DNA of 55,870 nucleotides, from positions 1 through 55,870 of the IMG/VR virus record IMGVR_UViG_3300011399_000002. One strand, 5' to 3'. Position numbers and translations under genes: made by a program. Numbering within the stretch: position 1 is the stretch's first letter; every line of letters starts with the position of its first letter. The notes beneath the pieces were generated by a model, which saw nothing but the letters and a program-made list of their open reading frames with translations, did no database searches and was not told the origin of the DNA. Of this stretch, positions 8,156-13,934 are shown in pieces. This stretch comes from a virus. Its lineage: Duplodnaviria > Heunggongvirae > Uroviricota > Caudoviricetes.

Positions 8156-8230
8156 CCAGTAGTAATATAGAGGCTATTATGCGTGCTTGCCAAGTACGAC
8201 ACGGGAGTTCGATTCTCCCCTACTGGACCA
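8156..8230 (+). tRNA. tRNA with GCC (Gly) anticodon but non-Gly acceptor end (C1-G72, A73)
   Basis: CCAGTAG/CTACTGG, CGTGC-TTGCCAA-GTACG, GGGAG-TTCGATT-CTCCC, A-CCA. Confidence 0.85.
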
Positions 8231-8245
8231 ATTTATTGTAAGGGG

Positions 8246-9004
8246 ATGGTTCAGATCGTCAGGGTATACTATTGGAAGTCAGTTGCTAACTTCGGTGATC
8301 AATTGAATCCATTGTTACTACGACGATTTCCTAGGCTTCTTACTGAATGGTCGGAACCCGATGATGCGGAGTTAGTGCTTTGTGGTTCAGTGATAGATCG
8401 ATTGCCTAGAGATTGGACAGGAGTTATTGCTGGATCAGGAAAACTGCATGAATACACAAAGGTACCACCGGAGGCAAGAATACTAGCACTTAGGGGACCA
8501 CTCTCTGCAAAGGGAGTTAAAGGTGATTTTGCTCTAGGTGATCCGGGGCTTCTCGCTGATGAATTAATACAAAGAGAAGATAAACAGTATGATCTTGGAA
8601 TCGTTCCGCATTGGACTGACAAGGCTCTGGAATTCGATAAAAGGTTTCTACGTTACAATCCTAGAATCATACGAGTAGCAGACGATCCTCTTGAAGTTAT
8701 CAGAGAAATCGGGCGCTGCAAAAAGATAGTCAGTTCTTCATTACATGGAATAATACTAGCAGATGCTTTCAATATTCCTAGAAGAATAGAGATAGCACCA
8801 AGAATGCTAACTCATCCTCATCAAGAGGGTGGGTTATTCAAATGGCACGATTACAGTGAGAGCATAGGGATGACCTTAGAGATAGGGTTAACCCAGCAAG
8901 CCTCTCCATTTAATATAAGTCAGAGGCAACATGAGTTATATGATGTTCTTAGAGAGTTAAGGGTGGTGTTTAATAGTGGGACGACGACCAAAAGTCAGAC
9001 CTAA
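8246..9004 (+). CDS. Polysaccharide pyruvyltransferase family protein (ExoV-like)
   Basis: Start re-set to ATG 8246; motifs NFGDQLNPLLL, ALRGPLS, GDPGLL, HWTD, VSSSLHGIILADAFNIP. Confidence 0.88.
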   Translation: MVQIVRVYYWKSVANFGDQLNPLLLRRFPRLLTEWSEPDDAELVLCGSVIDRLPRDWTGVIAGSGKLHEYTKVPPEARILALRGPLSAKGVKGDFALGDPGLLADELIQREDKQYDLGIVPHWTDKALEFDKRFLRYNPRIIRVADDPLEVIREIGRCKKIVSSSLHGIILADAFNIPRRIEIAPRMLTHPHQEGGLFKWHDYSESIGMTLEIGLTQQASPFNISQRQHELYDVLRELRVVFNSGTTTKSQT

Positions 9005-9854
9005 GATAAGTCTATTGATCCCCTTTACTACTAGGGACGCATACAGAAAGAAAACTTTTAGGTGGTTACTAGACTACTGGAAGGCAGAGTTGCCCGATGC
9101 AGAGATTGTAATAGGGCATAGCACTGGTCCCGTATTCTGTAAGACAGAGGCTCTTAACAGAGCAGCACACAGAGCAAACGGAAAGGTTCTAGTTGTTCTC
9201 GATGCTGATGCATACATCAGTGGAGCGATATTAAATAACGTAGCAGACATAATACTGGAAGAATTGGAGCAGGGCTATCAAACTTGGTATGTACCGTACA
9301 GAAATCTTTACAGGTTGAACTTAGACACTACACTTGCTATACTGGAATCTGACCCGGAGAACCCGGTGAGGATACCCGATCCGCCACCAGACAATTATCT
9401 TGACAATGAACCTAATGCAGCAAAGTATGGTAGAGCGTTCGCAGCACTTGCATACGTTATACCAAGAGAAGCCCTAGAGGCCATTGAATGCTTTGATGAA
9501 AGGTTCAACAGAGGATGGGGTGGGGAAGATGTATCAACCCTACGAGCATTAGATACACTTTGGGGCAAGCATAAGACTACTCCTAATGGTATCTTCCACT
9601 TATGGCATCCTAAGATCGGAGACACGTTTAAAACAAGAGCGTGGCAAGGTCAGAATGATGATGAGCCGAATAGAAAGTTAGCCGTTCAGTATAAAATTGC
9701 CAGTCAAAACCCCTCTGTAATGAGGGAGTTAGTACGAGAGGGCTGTGACTTCAAGAAAAGAAAAGAAGAAGCAGGAATCTTGTGGGACGGTCCCGATGAA
9801 TGGATGCAGGAAATTATCATAGAAACTGTCGGTAGAAATAAGAAGTTTTTATAG
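8976..9854 (+). CDS. GT-A fold glycosyltransferase (GT2/GT7-like)
   Basis: ISLLIPF, KTEALNRA, LVVLDAD (DxD), FDERFNRGWGGED, FHLWH. Confidence 0.88.
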   Translation: MGRRPKVRPKISLLIPFTTRDAYRKKTFRWLLDYWKAELPDAEIVIGHSTGPVFCKTEALNRAAHRANGKVLVVLDADAYISGAILNNVADIILEELEQGYQTWYVPYRNLYRLNLDTTLAILESDPENPVRIPDPPPDNYLDNEPNAAKYGRAFAALAYVIPREALEAIECFDERFNRGWGGEDVSTLRALDTLWGKHKTTPNGIFHLWHPKIGDTFKTRAWQGQNDDEPNRKLAVQYKIASQNPSVMRELVREGCDFKKRKEEAGILWDGPDEWMQEIIIETVGRNKKFL

Positions 9855-9864
9855 GAGAAAGGAA

Positions 9865-10194
9865 ATGAGTAGCGGAGAAGCAGATGCATACAAGATTCCA
9901 GTTGTAGGTTCGGTAGTAACGGATACAAATACCTCTGGTTTTTATTCAGTAGGTGACTGGTGGACTTCACCGTCTACTAGCACTATACAGTATACCTATA
10001 CTACCAAAGTCTATATGTATCAGATTACCTGTCCTAGATGTAAGCAACTAAATTGGTGCGAATTAGATCAAACAGTAACGTGTGATACTAAACTTCCGAC
10101 AAGGATAGTCGGGCGCAAGAAAGTAGAATCATACTGCGGGGCAGTCTTACAAGCAGTAAAAGATACTGTAGACTATCAAGTCCCCGTAAAGTAA
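9865..10194 (+). CDS. Hypothetical protein with Cys motifs (possible Zn ribbon)
   Basis: 109 aa, SD AAAGGA, CPRC...C...C. Confidence 0.6.
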   Translation: MSSGEADAYKIPVVGSVVTDTNTSGFYSVGDWWTSPSTSTIQYTYTTKVYMYQITCPRCKQLNWCELDQTVTCDTKLPTRIVGRKKVESYCGAVLQAVKDTVDYQVPVK

Positions 10195-10199
10195 CTCAC

Positions 10200-10273
10200 A
10201 TGGAGGTCGTTCAACGGTAGGATCACAGTCTCCAAAACTGTCAATCAGGGTTCGAATCCCTGCCGCCATGCCA
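10200..10273 (+). tRNA. trnW: tRNA-Trp(CCA)
   Basis: ACAGT-CTCCAAA-ACTGT, CAGGG-TTCGAAT-CCCTG, G73-CCA; one A-G mismatch in the acceptor stem. Confidence 0.88.
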
Positions 10274-10293
10274 AACTTAGGAGTTGATTATGG

Positions 10294-10359
10294 GTGGAAG
10301 GTCTACTTATAGTATTGTTAATTATTTGTGCTATAGTGTTCTTGATTAAGAACCTATAA
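10294..10359 (+). CDS. Possible 21-aa single-pass membrane peptide
   Basis: GTG start after AGGAG; MEGLLIVLLIICAIVFLIKNL. Confidence 0.35.
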   Translation: MEGLLIVLLIICAIVFLIKNL

Positions 10360-10366
10360 CATTCAT

Positions 10367-10452
10367 GGGTTAGGTGAGCATGTTCGGTACGCTCAGGAGT
10401 CTGTAAAACTCCCGTCTAGGCTATGCAGGTTCGAATCCTGTCTAACCCACCA
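10367..10452 (+). tRNA. trnY: tRNA-Tyr(GUA)
   Basis: GGGTTAG/CTAACCC, GGAGT-CTGTAAA-ACTCC, long variable arm, A73-CCA. Confidence 0.93.
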
Positions 10453-10453
10453 T

Positions 10454-10528
10454 CCCTTCATCGTATAACGGCTATTATATTTGTCTGTCGAACAAGAGAC
10501 AGGGGTTCAACTCCCCTTGGAGGGGCCA
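10454..10528 (+). tRNA. trnD: tRNA-Asp(GUC)
   Basis: CCCTTCA/TGGAGGG, TTTGT-CTGTCGA-ACAAG, G73-CCA. Confidence 0.9.
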
Positions 10529-10542
10529 AGAAAGGAATAAAA

Positions 10543-10761
10543 ATGAAGAAGTTGATCTTCTTAGTCGCATCTGTTATAGTAGTTGCAGGATGCCGTGCAG
10601 ACTTCTCCCCCGGTGAAACGGTGGAGCAGGGCACAAATCCTCTAGGTACATCACAGATTAAATACGTACATGATGATAAGCATGGAGTAGGCTGTTGGTT
10701 CTTTGTTGATGAATCAGGTTCATCACTAAGTTGTCTTCCTGACAGTCAATATACGCCATAA
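10543..10761 (+). CDS. Small lipoprotein
   Basis: Start re-set to ATG 10543 (SD AAAGGA); MKKLIFLVASVIVVAG-C lipobox; C-terminal HDDKHGVGCW...SCLP. Confidence 0.72.
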   Translation: MKKLIFLVASVIVVAGCRADFSPGETVEQGTNPLGTSQIKYVHDDKHGVGCWFFVDESGSSLSCLPDSQYTP

Positions 10762-10766
10762 TATAT

Positions 10767-10844
10767 GCCGGGGTAGCTCAGTCTGGTAGTAGCGGTTGTT
10801 TGAAGAGCAGCGCGTCGTCGGTTCAAATCCGACTCCCGGCACCA
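10767..10844 (+). tRNA. trnF: tRNA-Phe(GAA)
   Basis: GCCGGGG/TCCCGGC, GTTGT-TTGAAGA-GCAGC, A73-CCA. Confidence 0.92.
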
Positions 10845-10852
10845 ATTTTCGC

Positions 10853-10928
10853 GGGCCAGTAACTTAAAGGATAAGTAGCTGTCTCTTAAACAGTCGTTAT
10901 GAGGGTTCAAGTCCCTTCTGGCTCGCCA
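10853..10928 (+). tRNA. trnK: tRNA-Lys(CUU)
   Basis: GGGCCAG/CTGGCTC, GCTGT-CTCTTAA-ACAGT, G73-CCA (A73 is more usual for Lys). Confidence 0.9.
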
Positions 10929-10950
10929 ACAATTTTAGGAAGTGAAGTGA

Positions 10951-11145
10951 TTGGGTCGATTATATGAAGGATTGTGGAGGGTTCTATTAGTAACTGAAAC
11001 AGTATCAGGTACAGAAAGAATGGCATTCACACAACCAGATGTATATGAAGAATGTGAGAGGCGATGCATCTTGCACGGTATGGGAGTACCATATGAAGGC
11101 GAGAGAGTCAAGCGCGCATTAATCGTAGGCCCAGTAGAGGAATAG
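10951..11145 (+). CDS. Hypothetical protein
   Basis: 64-aa ORF, first of a tightly packed trio. Confidence 0.5.
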   Translation: MGRLYEGLWRVLLVTETVSGTERMAFTQPDVYEECERRCILHGMGVPYEGERVKRALIVGPVEE

Positions 11146-11152
11146 GAGTACA

Positions 11153-11326
11153 ATGGAAAAAGAGCATGAGCGTTTATGGAACGCTTATGAGGCAACGGCA
11201 AAGAAAATCAAGGCTCAACTTAATTCACCCAAGGGTGGAACACAGGCAGAGTCAGAATTCAAGATTGCATACCAGAATCTAGTGAAGGCTGGATTGGCTA
11301 TGCAAATCAAGAAGAAGTATCGATGA
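11153..11326 (+). CDS. Hypothetical protein (57 aa, not in the ORF track)
   Basis: SD AGGAG; MEKEHERLWNAYEATAKKIK...QIKKKYR; stop overlaps the next ATG (ATGA). Confidence 0.65.
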   Translation: MEKEHERLWNAYEATAKKIKAQLNSPKGGTQAESEFKIAYQNLVKAGLAMQIKKKYR

Positions 11327-11514
11327 ACAACGCAATAAGAATAGAGGAGTTAATTACTTTTCTAATCGATGCTGGCATGGAAGAAGAAACCGTGCAACAC
11401 TTCTTGAACAGAAAGATATTCAAGGATCGTTCGCTTATGGAGTATATAAGAGAAGATGAGTGGCTTAAAGTTTGGGGTTATGCCCAAGCATACATGGCCG
11501 GTGATCAAATCTAA
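11323..11514 (+). CDS. Hypothetical protein
   Basis: 63-aa ORF coupled to the upstream stop. Confidence 0.6.
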   Translation: MNNAIRIEELITFLIDAGMEEETVQHFLNRKIFKDRSLMEYIREDEWLKVWGYAQAYMAGDQI

Positions 11515-11517
11515 CAT

Positions 11518-11592
11518 GGTGATGTTAGTGTAACGGCAACACTTCTGGTTGTGGTCCAGACATTACGGGTTCGAATCCCGTACATCACCCCA
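11518..11592 (+). tRNA. trnH: tRNA-His(GUG) with encoded G-1
   Basis: G-1/C73, GTGATGT/ACATCAC, TCTGG-TTGTGGT-CCAGA, CCA. Confidence 0.93.
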
Positions 11593-11605
11593 ATTAAGGT
11601 AGGAA

Positions 11606-11857
11606 ATGATAAAGTACGGCAGCACTATTCGGTTAAAGTTTATCATGACTGATAACTTTGGAGAACGGGTTCTTTACGAAGAGCCCTTCACCTTTACTAA
11701 GGATCATTATAAGGTACGGAAATTCATAGAGGCTTTTCAACAAGGCGTTGAGGATGCCCTCAAAGACCTTGATCGTGACGTAGAGTATCTTGATAGACTA
11801 CGTGACATTCCTACAGCCGTCCTACAGGGAGAGATTAAACGAAGATCAATTCGTTAG
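11606..11857 (+). CDS. Hypothetical protein
   Basis: 83-aa ORF between tRNAs. Confidence 0.55.
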   Translation: MIKYGSTIRLKFIMTDNFGERVLYEEPFTFTKDHYKVRKFIEAFQQGVEDALKDLDRDVEYLDRLRDIPTAVLQGEIKRRSIR

Positions 11858-11931
11858 CCTAGTCGTCCAACGGTAGAAGATATCTCGCTGATAACGAGAG
11901 GAACGCAGTTCAACTCTGCGCTAGGCTACCA
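11856..11931 (+). tRNA. trnI: tRNA-Ile(GAU)
   Basis: AGCCTAG/CTAGGCT, TCTCG-CTGATAA-CGAGA, A73-CCA. Confidence 0.92.
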
Positions 11932-11937
11932 CTTTAT

Positions 11938-12011
11938 ACTCCTTTAGTGTAAAGGCTGCACGCCTCACTCTAAATGAGAAAGAAGGGGTTCGATTCCCCT
12001 AGGGAGTACCA
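11938..12011 (+). tRNA. Amber suppressor tRNA, anticodon CUA (reads UAG)
   Basis: ACTCCTT/AGGGAGT, D-arm GTGT/GCAC, CCTCA-CTCTAAA-TGAGA, AGGGG-TTCGATT-CCCCT, A73-CCA. Confidence 0.88.
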
Positions 12012-12014
12012 AAT

Positions 12015-12188
12015 ATGCTTGAAGAAGAATTTAAACAGCACCTACGGATTACATTGCTGTGGTACACAGCATGGCTTGTAGCACACGGTCCTAAAGACCC
12101 AGCAACAGATATGAACAAATCTGTTAATACCTTTCTTGAAGAGGATGAAGATTTAATTGTACGATTTTTTGATATGCAGGAGAAGTAA
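12015..12188 (+). CDS. Hypothetical protein (57 aa, not in the ORF track)
   Basis: MLEEEFKQHLRITLLWYTAWLV...FFDMQEK directly after the suppressor tRNA. Confidence 0.55.
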   Translation: MLEEEFKQHLRITLLWYTAWLVAHGPKDPATDMNKSVNTFLEEDEDLIVRFFDMQEK

Positions 12189-12190
12189 GA

Positions 12191-12424
12191 ATGACTTAGC
12201 GTTACCAGATAGACGTTAATGGTTATAAAGTTAAACAGGCTAAAGAAGGTTTGGATACACCTTGTATCCGTATCATGGATAATACTACTGGACAGATTTG
12301 GTATGCCAAGGAGATTAAGTTTCTTGGCCCAACACAAATCTCTCAGTGTGATCCTGATAAAGATAACCTCAACAAACCTTTTATCTGGATTGAGACTGAT
12401 GGTCCTATAGAGTGGACTAAATAA
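12191..12424 (+). CDS. Phage protein of 77 codons interrupted by in-frame TAG at codon 3
   Basis: SD CAGGAG, then ATG ACT TAG and an open frame RYQIDVNGYKVKQAKEGLDTPCIRIMDNTTGQIWYAKEIKFLGPTQISQCDPDKDNLNKPFIWIETDGPIEWTK to TAA. By eye it resembles a widespread small phage family (IHVN...P.I.V...Y..E..ILGP...VWIET). Confidence 0.7.
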
Positions 12425-12427
12425 TTT

Positions 12428-12522
12428 GGCTCGCTAGTGAACCGTTAACACGCTCGGATAAAGTAGGTAAAATCTATGAGCAGGACCGGGAGAAAGAGGT
12501 TAGATTCCTCTGCGAGCCTCCA
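12428..12522 (+). tRNA. tRNA-like RNA: Cys-type acceptor (GGC/GCC, U73-CCA), 28-nt expanded anticodon loop, T-loop TTAGATT
   Basis: GGCTCGC/GCGAGCC, D-stem GTG/CAC, anticodon stem CTCGG/CCGGG, T-arm AGAGG/CCTCT. Confidence 0.7.
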
Positions 12523-12523
12523 T

Positions 12524-12597
12524 TGACGTATAGTGTAATGGTACCACGACTGGCTCTGGACCAGTTAATCTAGGTTCGAATCCTAGTACGTCAGCCA
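12524..12597 (+). tRNA. trnQ: tRNA-Gln(CUG)
   Basis: TGACGTA/TACGTCA, ACTGG-CTCTGGA-CCAGT, G73-CCA. Confidence 0.93.
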
Positions 12598-12619
12598 ATC
12601 AACAGCAGAGGTAGTTTTT

Positions 12620-12847
12620 ATGGATAGTAAAGACAGGAGAACGAAACGCCAGAAGATAGAAGATATGGCGAATCAATCTGCCTCTCCGCTTGAAGCAGAG
12701 ATTGCAAAGAAGAAACTAGAGGAAGTTAGGGAAGACGAGCCCCTCATTTTTGCCAAATTTATCTTTAATATAGAAGATGAAGAGAACGACCTATTCAAAA
12801 ATTGGTCGTCGTTTTGGGCAACAGCCTCCGGTTTAGGAGAGTATTAA
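12620..12847 (+). CDS. Hypothetical protein (weak DUF2786-like helical motif)
   Basis: 75 aa; KIEDMANQSASPLEAEIAKKKLEE. Confidence 0.5.
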   Translation: MDSKDRRTKRQKIEDMANQSASPLEAEIAKKKLEEVREDEPLIFAKFIFNIEDEENDLFKNWSSFWATASGLGEY

Positions 12848-12848
12848 T

Positions 12849-12923
12849 CCGCCCTTAGCACAATGGAGAGTGTATCGGAGTTCGATCCCGAGGGTGCGCG
12901 TTCGACTCGCGTGGGGCGGGCCA
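12849..12923 (+). tRNA. trnR: tRNA-Arg(UCG)
   Basis: CCGCCCT/GGGGCGG, TCGGA-GTTCGAT-CCCGA, G73-CCA. Confidence 0.9.
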
Positions 12924-12933
12924 AGTAAATAAA

Positions 12934-13138
12934 TCAGGTCCGAAGCTGTCATAATGTACCCGAAAGGGTTTCGATAAACACTGAGGATAAGCGGTTAATT
13001 TCTAGTGATACAACGGCACACTAGAGCCTGAACGTCCTTTGGTAGTGTGGACGTAAAACAAACTATTGCCCACCGGGTTGTTGCGATCAAAGGCCCTCCT
13101 TGGAGGGAAAGCCGGTGATGGGGTTGAATAAAGCAACA
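12934..13138 (+). ncRNA. Candidate structured ncRNA C with possible pseudoknots
   Basis: ORF-free gap with helices TCAGG/CCTGA, ACCC-GAAA-GGGT, TCTAGTG/CACTAGA, CGTCC/GGACG, CACCGG/CCGGTG and CCCTCC/GGAGGG. Confidence 0.5.
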
Positions 13139-13154
13139 GAATAAAACCACTCGT

Positions 13155-13229
13155 TGCGGGTGGGCGGTATGGTTATCTCACGGGTTTCATAAGCCCACAA
13201 ACTGAGTTCGATTCTCAGACCCGCAACCA
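13155..13229 (+). tRNA. trnM: tRNA-Met(CAU), initiator-like acceptor sequence
   Basis: TGCGGGT/ACCCGCA-A-CCA resembles the fMet acceptor; loop TTCATAA; three G-C pairs in the anticodon stem. Confidence 0.85.
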
Positions 13230-13245
13230 ATACTAGGCAAGGACA

Positions 13246-13278
13246 AGGAGCGGATCAGAAATGATCCCTCCTTTTTTT
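13246..13278 (+). terminator. Intrinsic terminator ending the tRNA array
   Basis: AGGAG(C)GGATCA-GAAA-TGATCCCTCCT followed by a T run. Confidence 0.85.
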
Positions 13279-13292
13279 ATGTGAGGAATATT

Positions 13293-13934
13293 ATGACACA
13301 AATTGATCCTACGTACAAGGGGAAGATCGCTAAACTGCGTAACCTCAAATTGTACGCTAATTCTACTGACGAAGAAATTTACGAGGCAATACTTCGTAGA
13401 GAACGTGCAACCGAATTAGGAATCATTCCAGTTAAGAATGAACCAAGCAACGATGCTAAATTCAAGGAGTTATTCAAGAAGCTACAAGCCGACTATGGCG
13501 TAGATATGAACGACTCCAACGACGTTGAAGCCTTAAAGATGCTGGCAAAGCATATCGTTCAGAGAGATTCAATTGACTCTCACATGGCACGTATCCAAGA
13601 TCAGGAAGCCATGAGCAATGAGGATACTAGAACACTAAAGAACCTAGGTGACGTACAGAGAGGTATTGTAACCTCTATTACTGAGTTACAGGATAGACTT
13701 GGTATCAACAGAAAGGCGCGCAAGGAAAAGCAGATTGATGACGTTCCACAATTCCTTGATAACCTAAAGAAGAAGGCAGCAGATTTTTGGGAACGGTCTA
13801 CTACGCCGATCACATGCGATAACTGCCATATTGAATTAGCCAGATTATGGCTTAACTTTCCCAAGCGTCCTTCAATCATTACTCTAGAATTAGAGTGTCC
13901 AAAATGTTTGCAGAAGGTGCTTTATGTCAGATAA
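13293..13934 (+). CDS. Probable terminase small subunit with C-terminal CxxC...CxxC
   Basis: Helical/coiled-coil protein overlapping the start of the large terminase; ATG 13293 with SD GAGG. Confidence 0.55.
   Translation: MTQIDPTYKGKIAKLRNLKLYANSTDEEIYEAILRRERATELGIIPVKNEPSNDAKFKELFKKLQADYGVDMNDSNDVEALKMLAKHIVQRDSIDSHMARIQDQEAMSNEDTRTLKNLGDVQRGIVTSITELQDRLGINRKARKEKQIDDVPQFLDNLKKKAADFWERSTTPITCDNCHIELARLWLNFPKRPSIITLELECPKCLQKVLYVR

Noticed and set aside
6250-10542. Track starts at 6250, 8183 and 10423
   Set aside because: These N-terminal extensions run through tRNA genes; SD-supported starts are 6376, 8246 and 10543.
11938-12011. tRNA-Pyl / pyrrolysine system
   Set aside because: It has a standard 5-bp anticodon stem and normal D/T loops, unlike tRNA-Pyl, and there are no pyl genes in the window.
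12934-12950. SRP RNA (TCAGGTCCG resembles helix 8)
   Set aside because: The GGAAGGAAGCAGC continuation and the symmetric loop are missing.
12980-13000. Hammerhead ribozyme core (CTGAGGA)
   Set aside because: No stem II followed by GAAA in the required arrangement.
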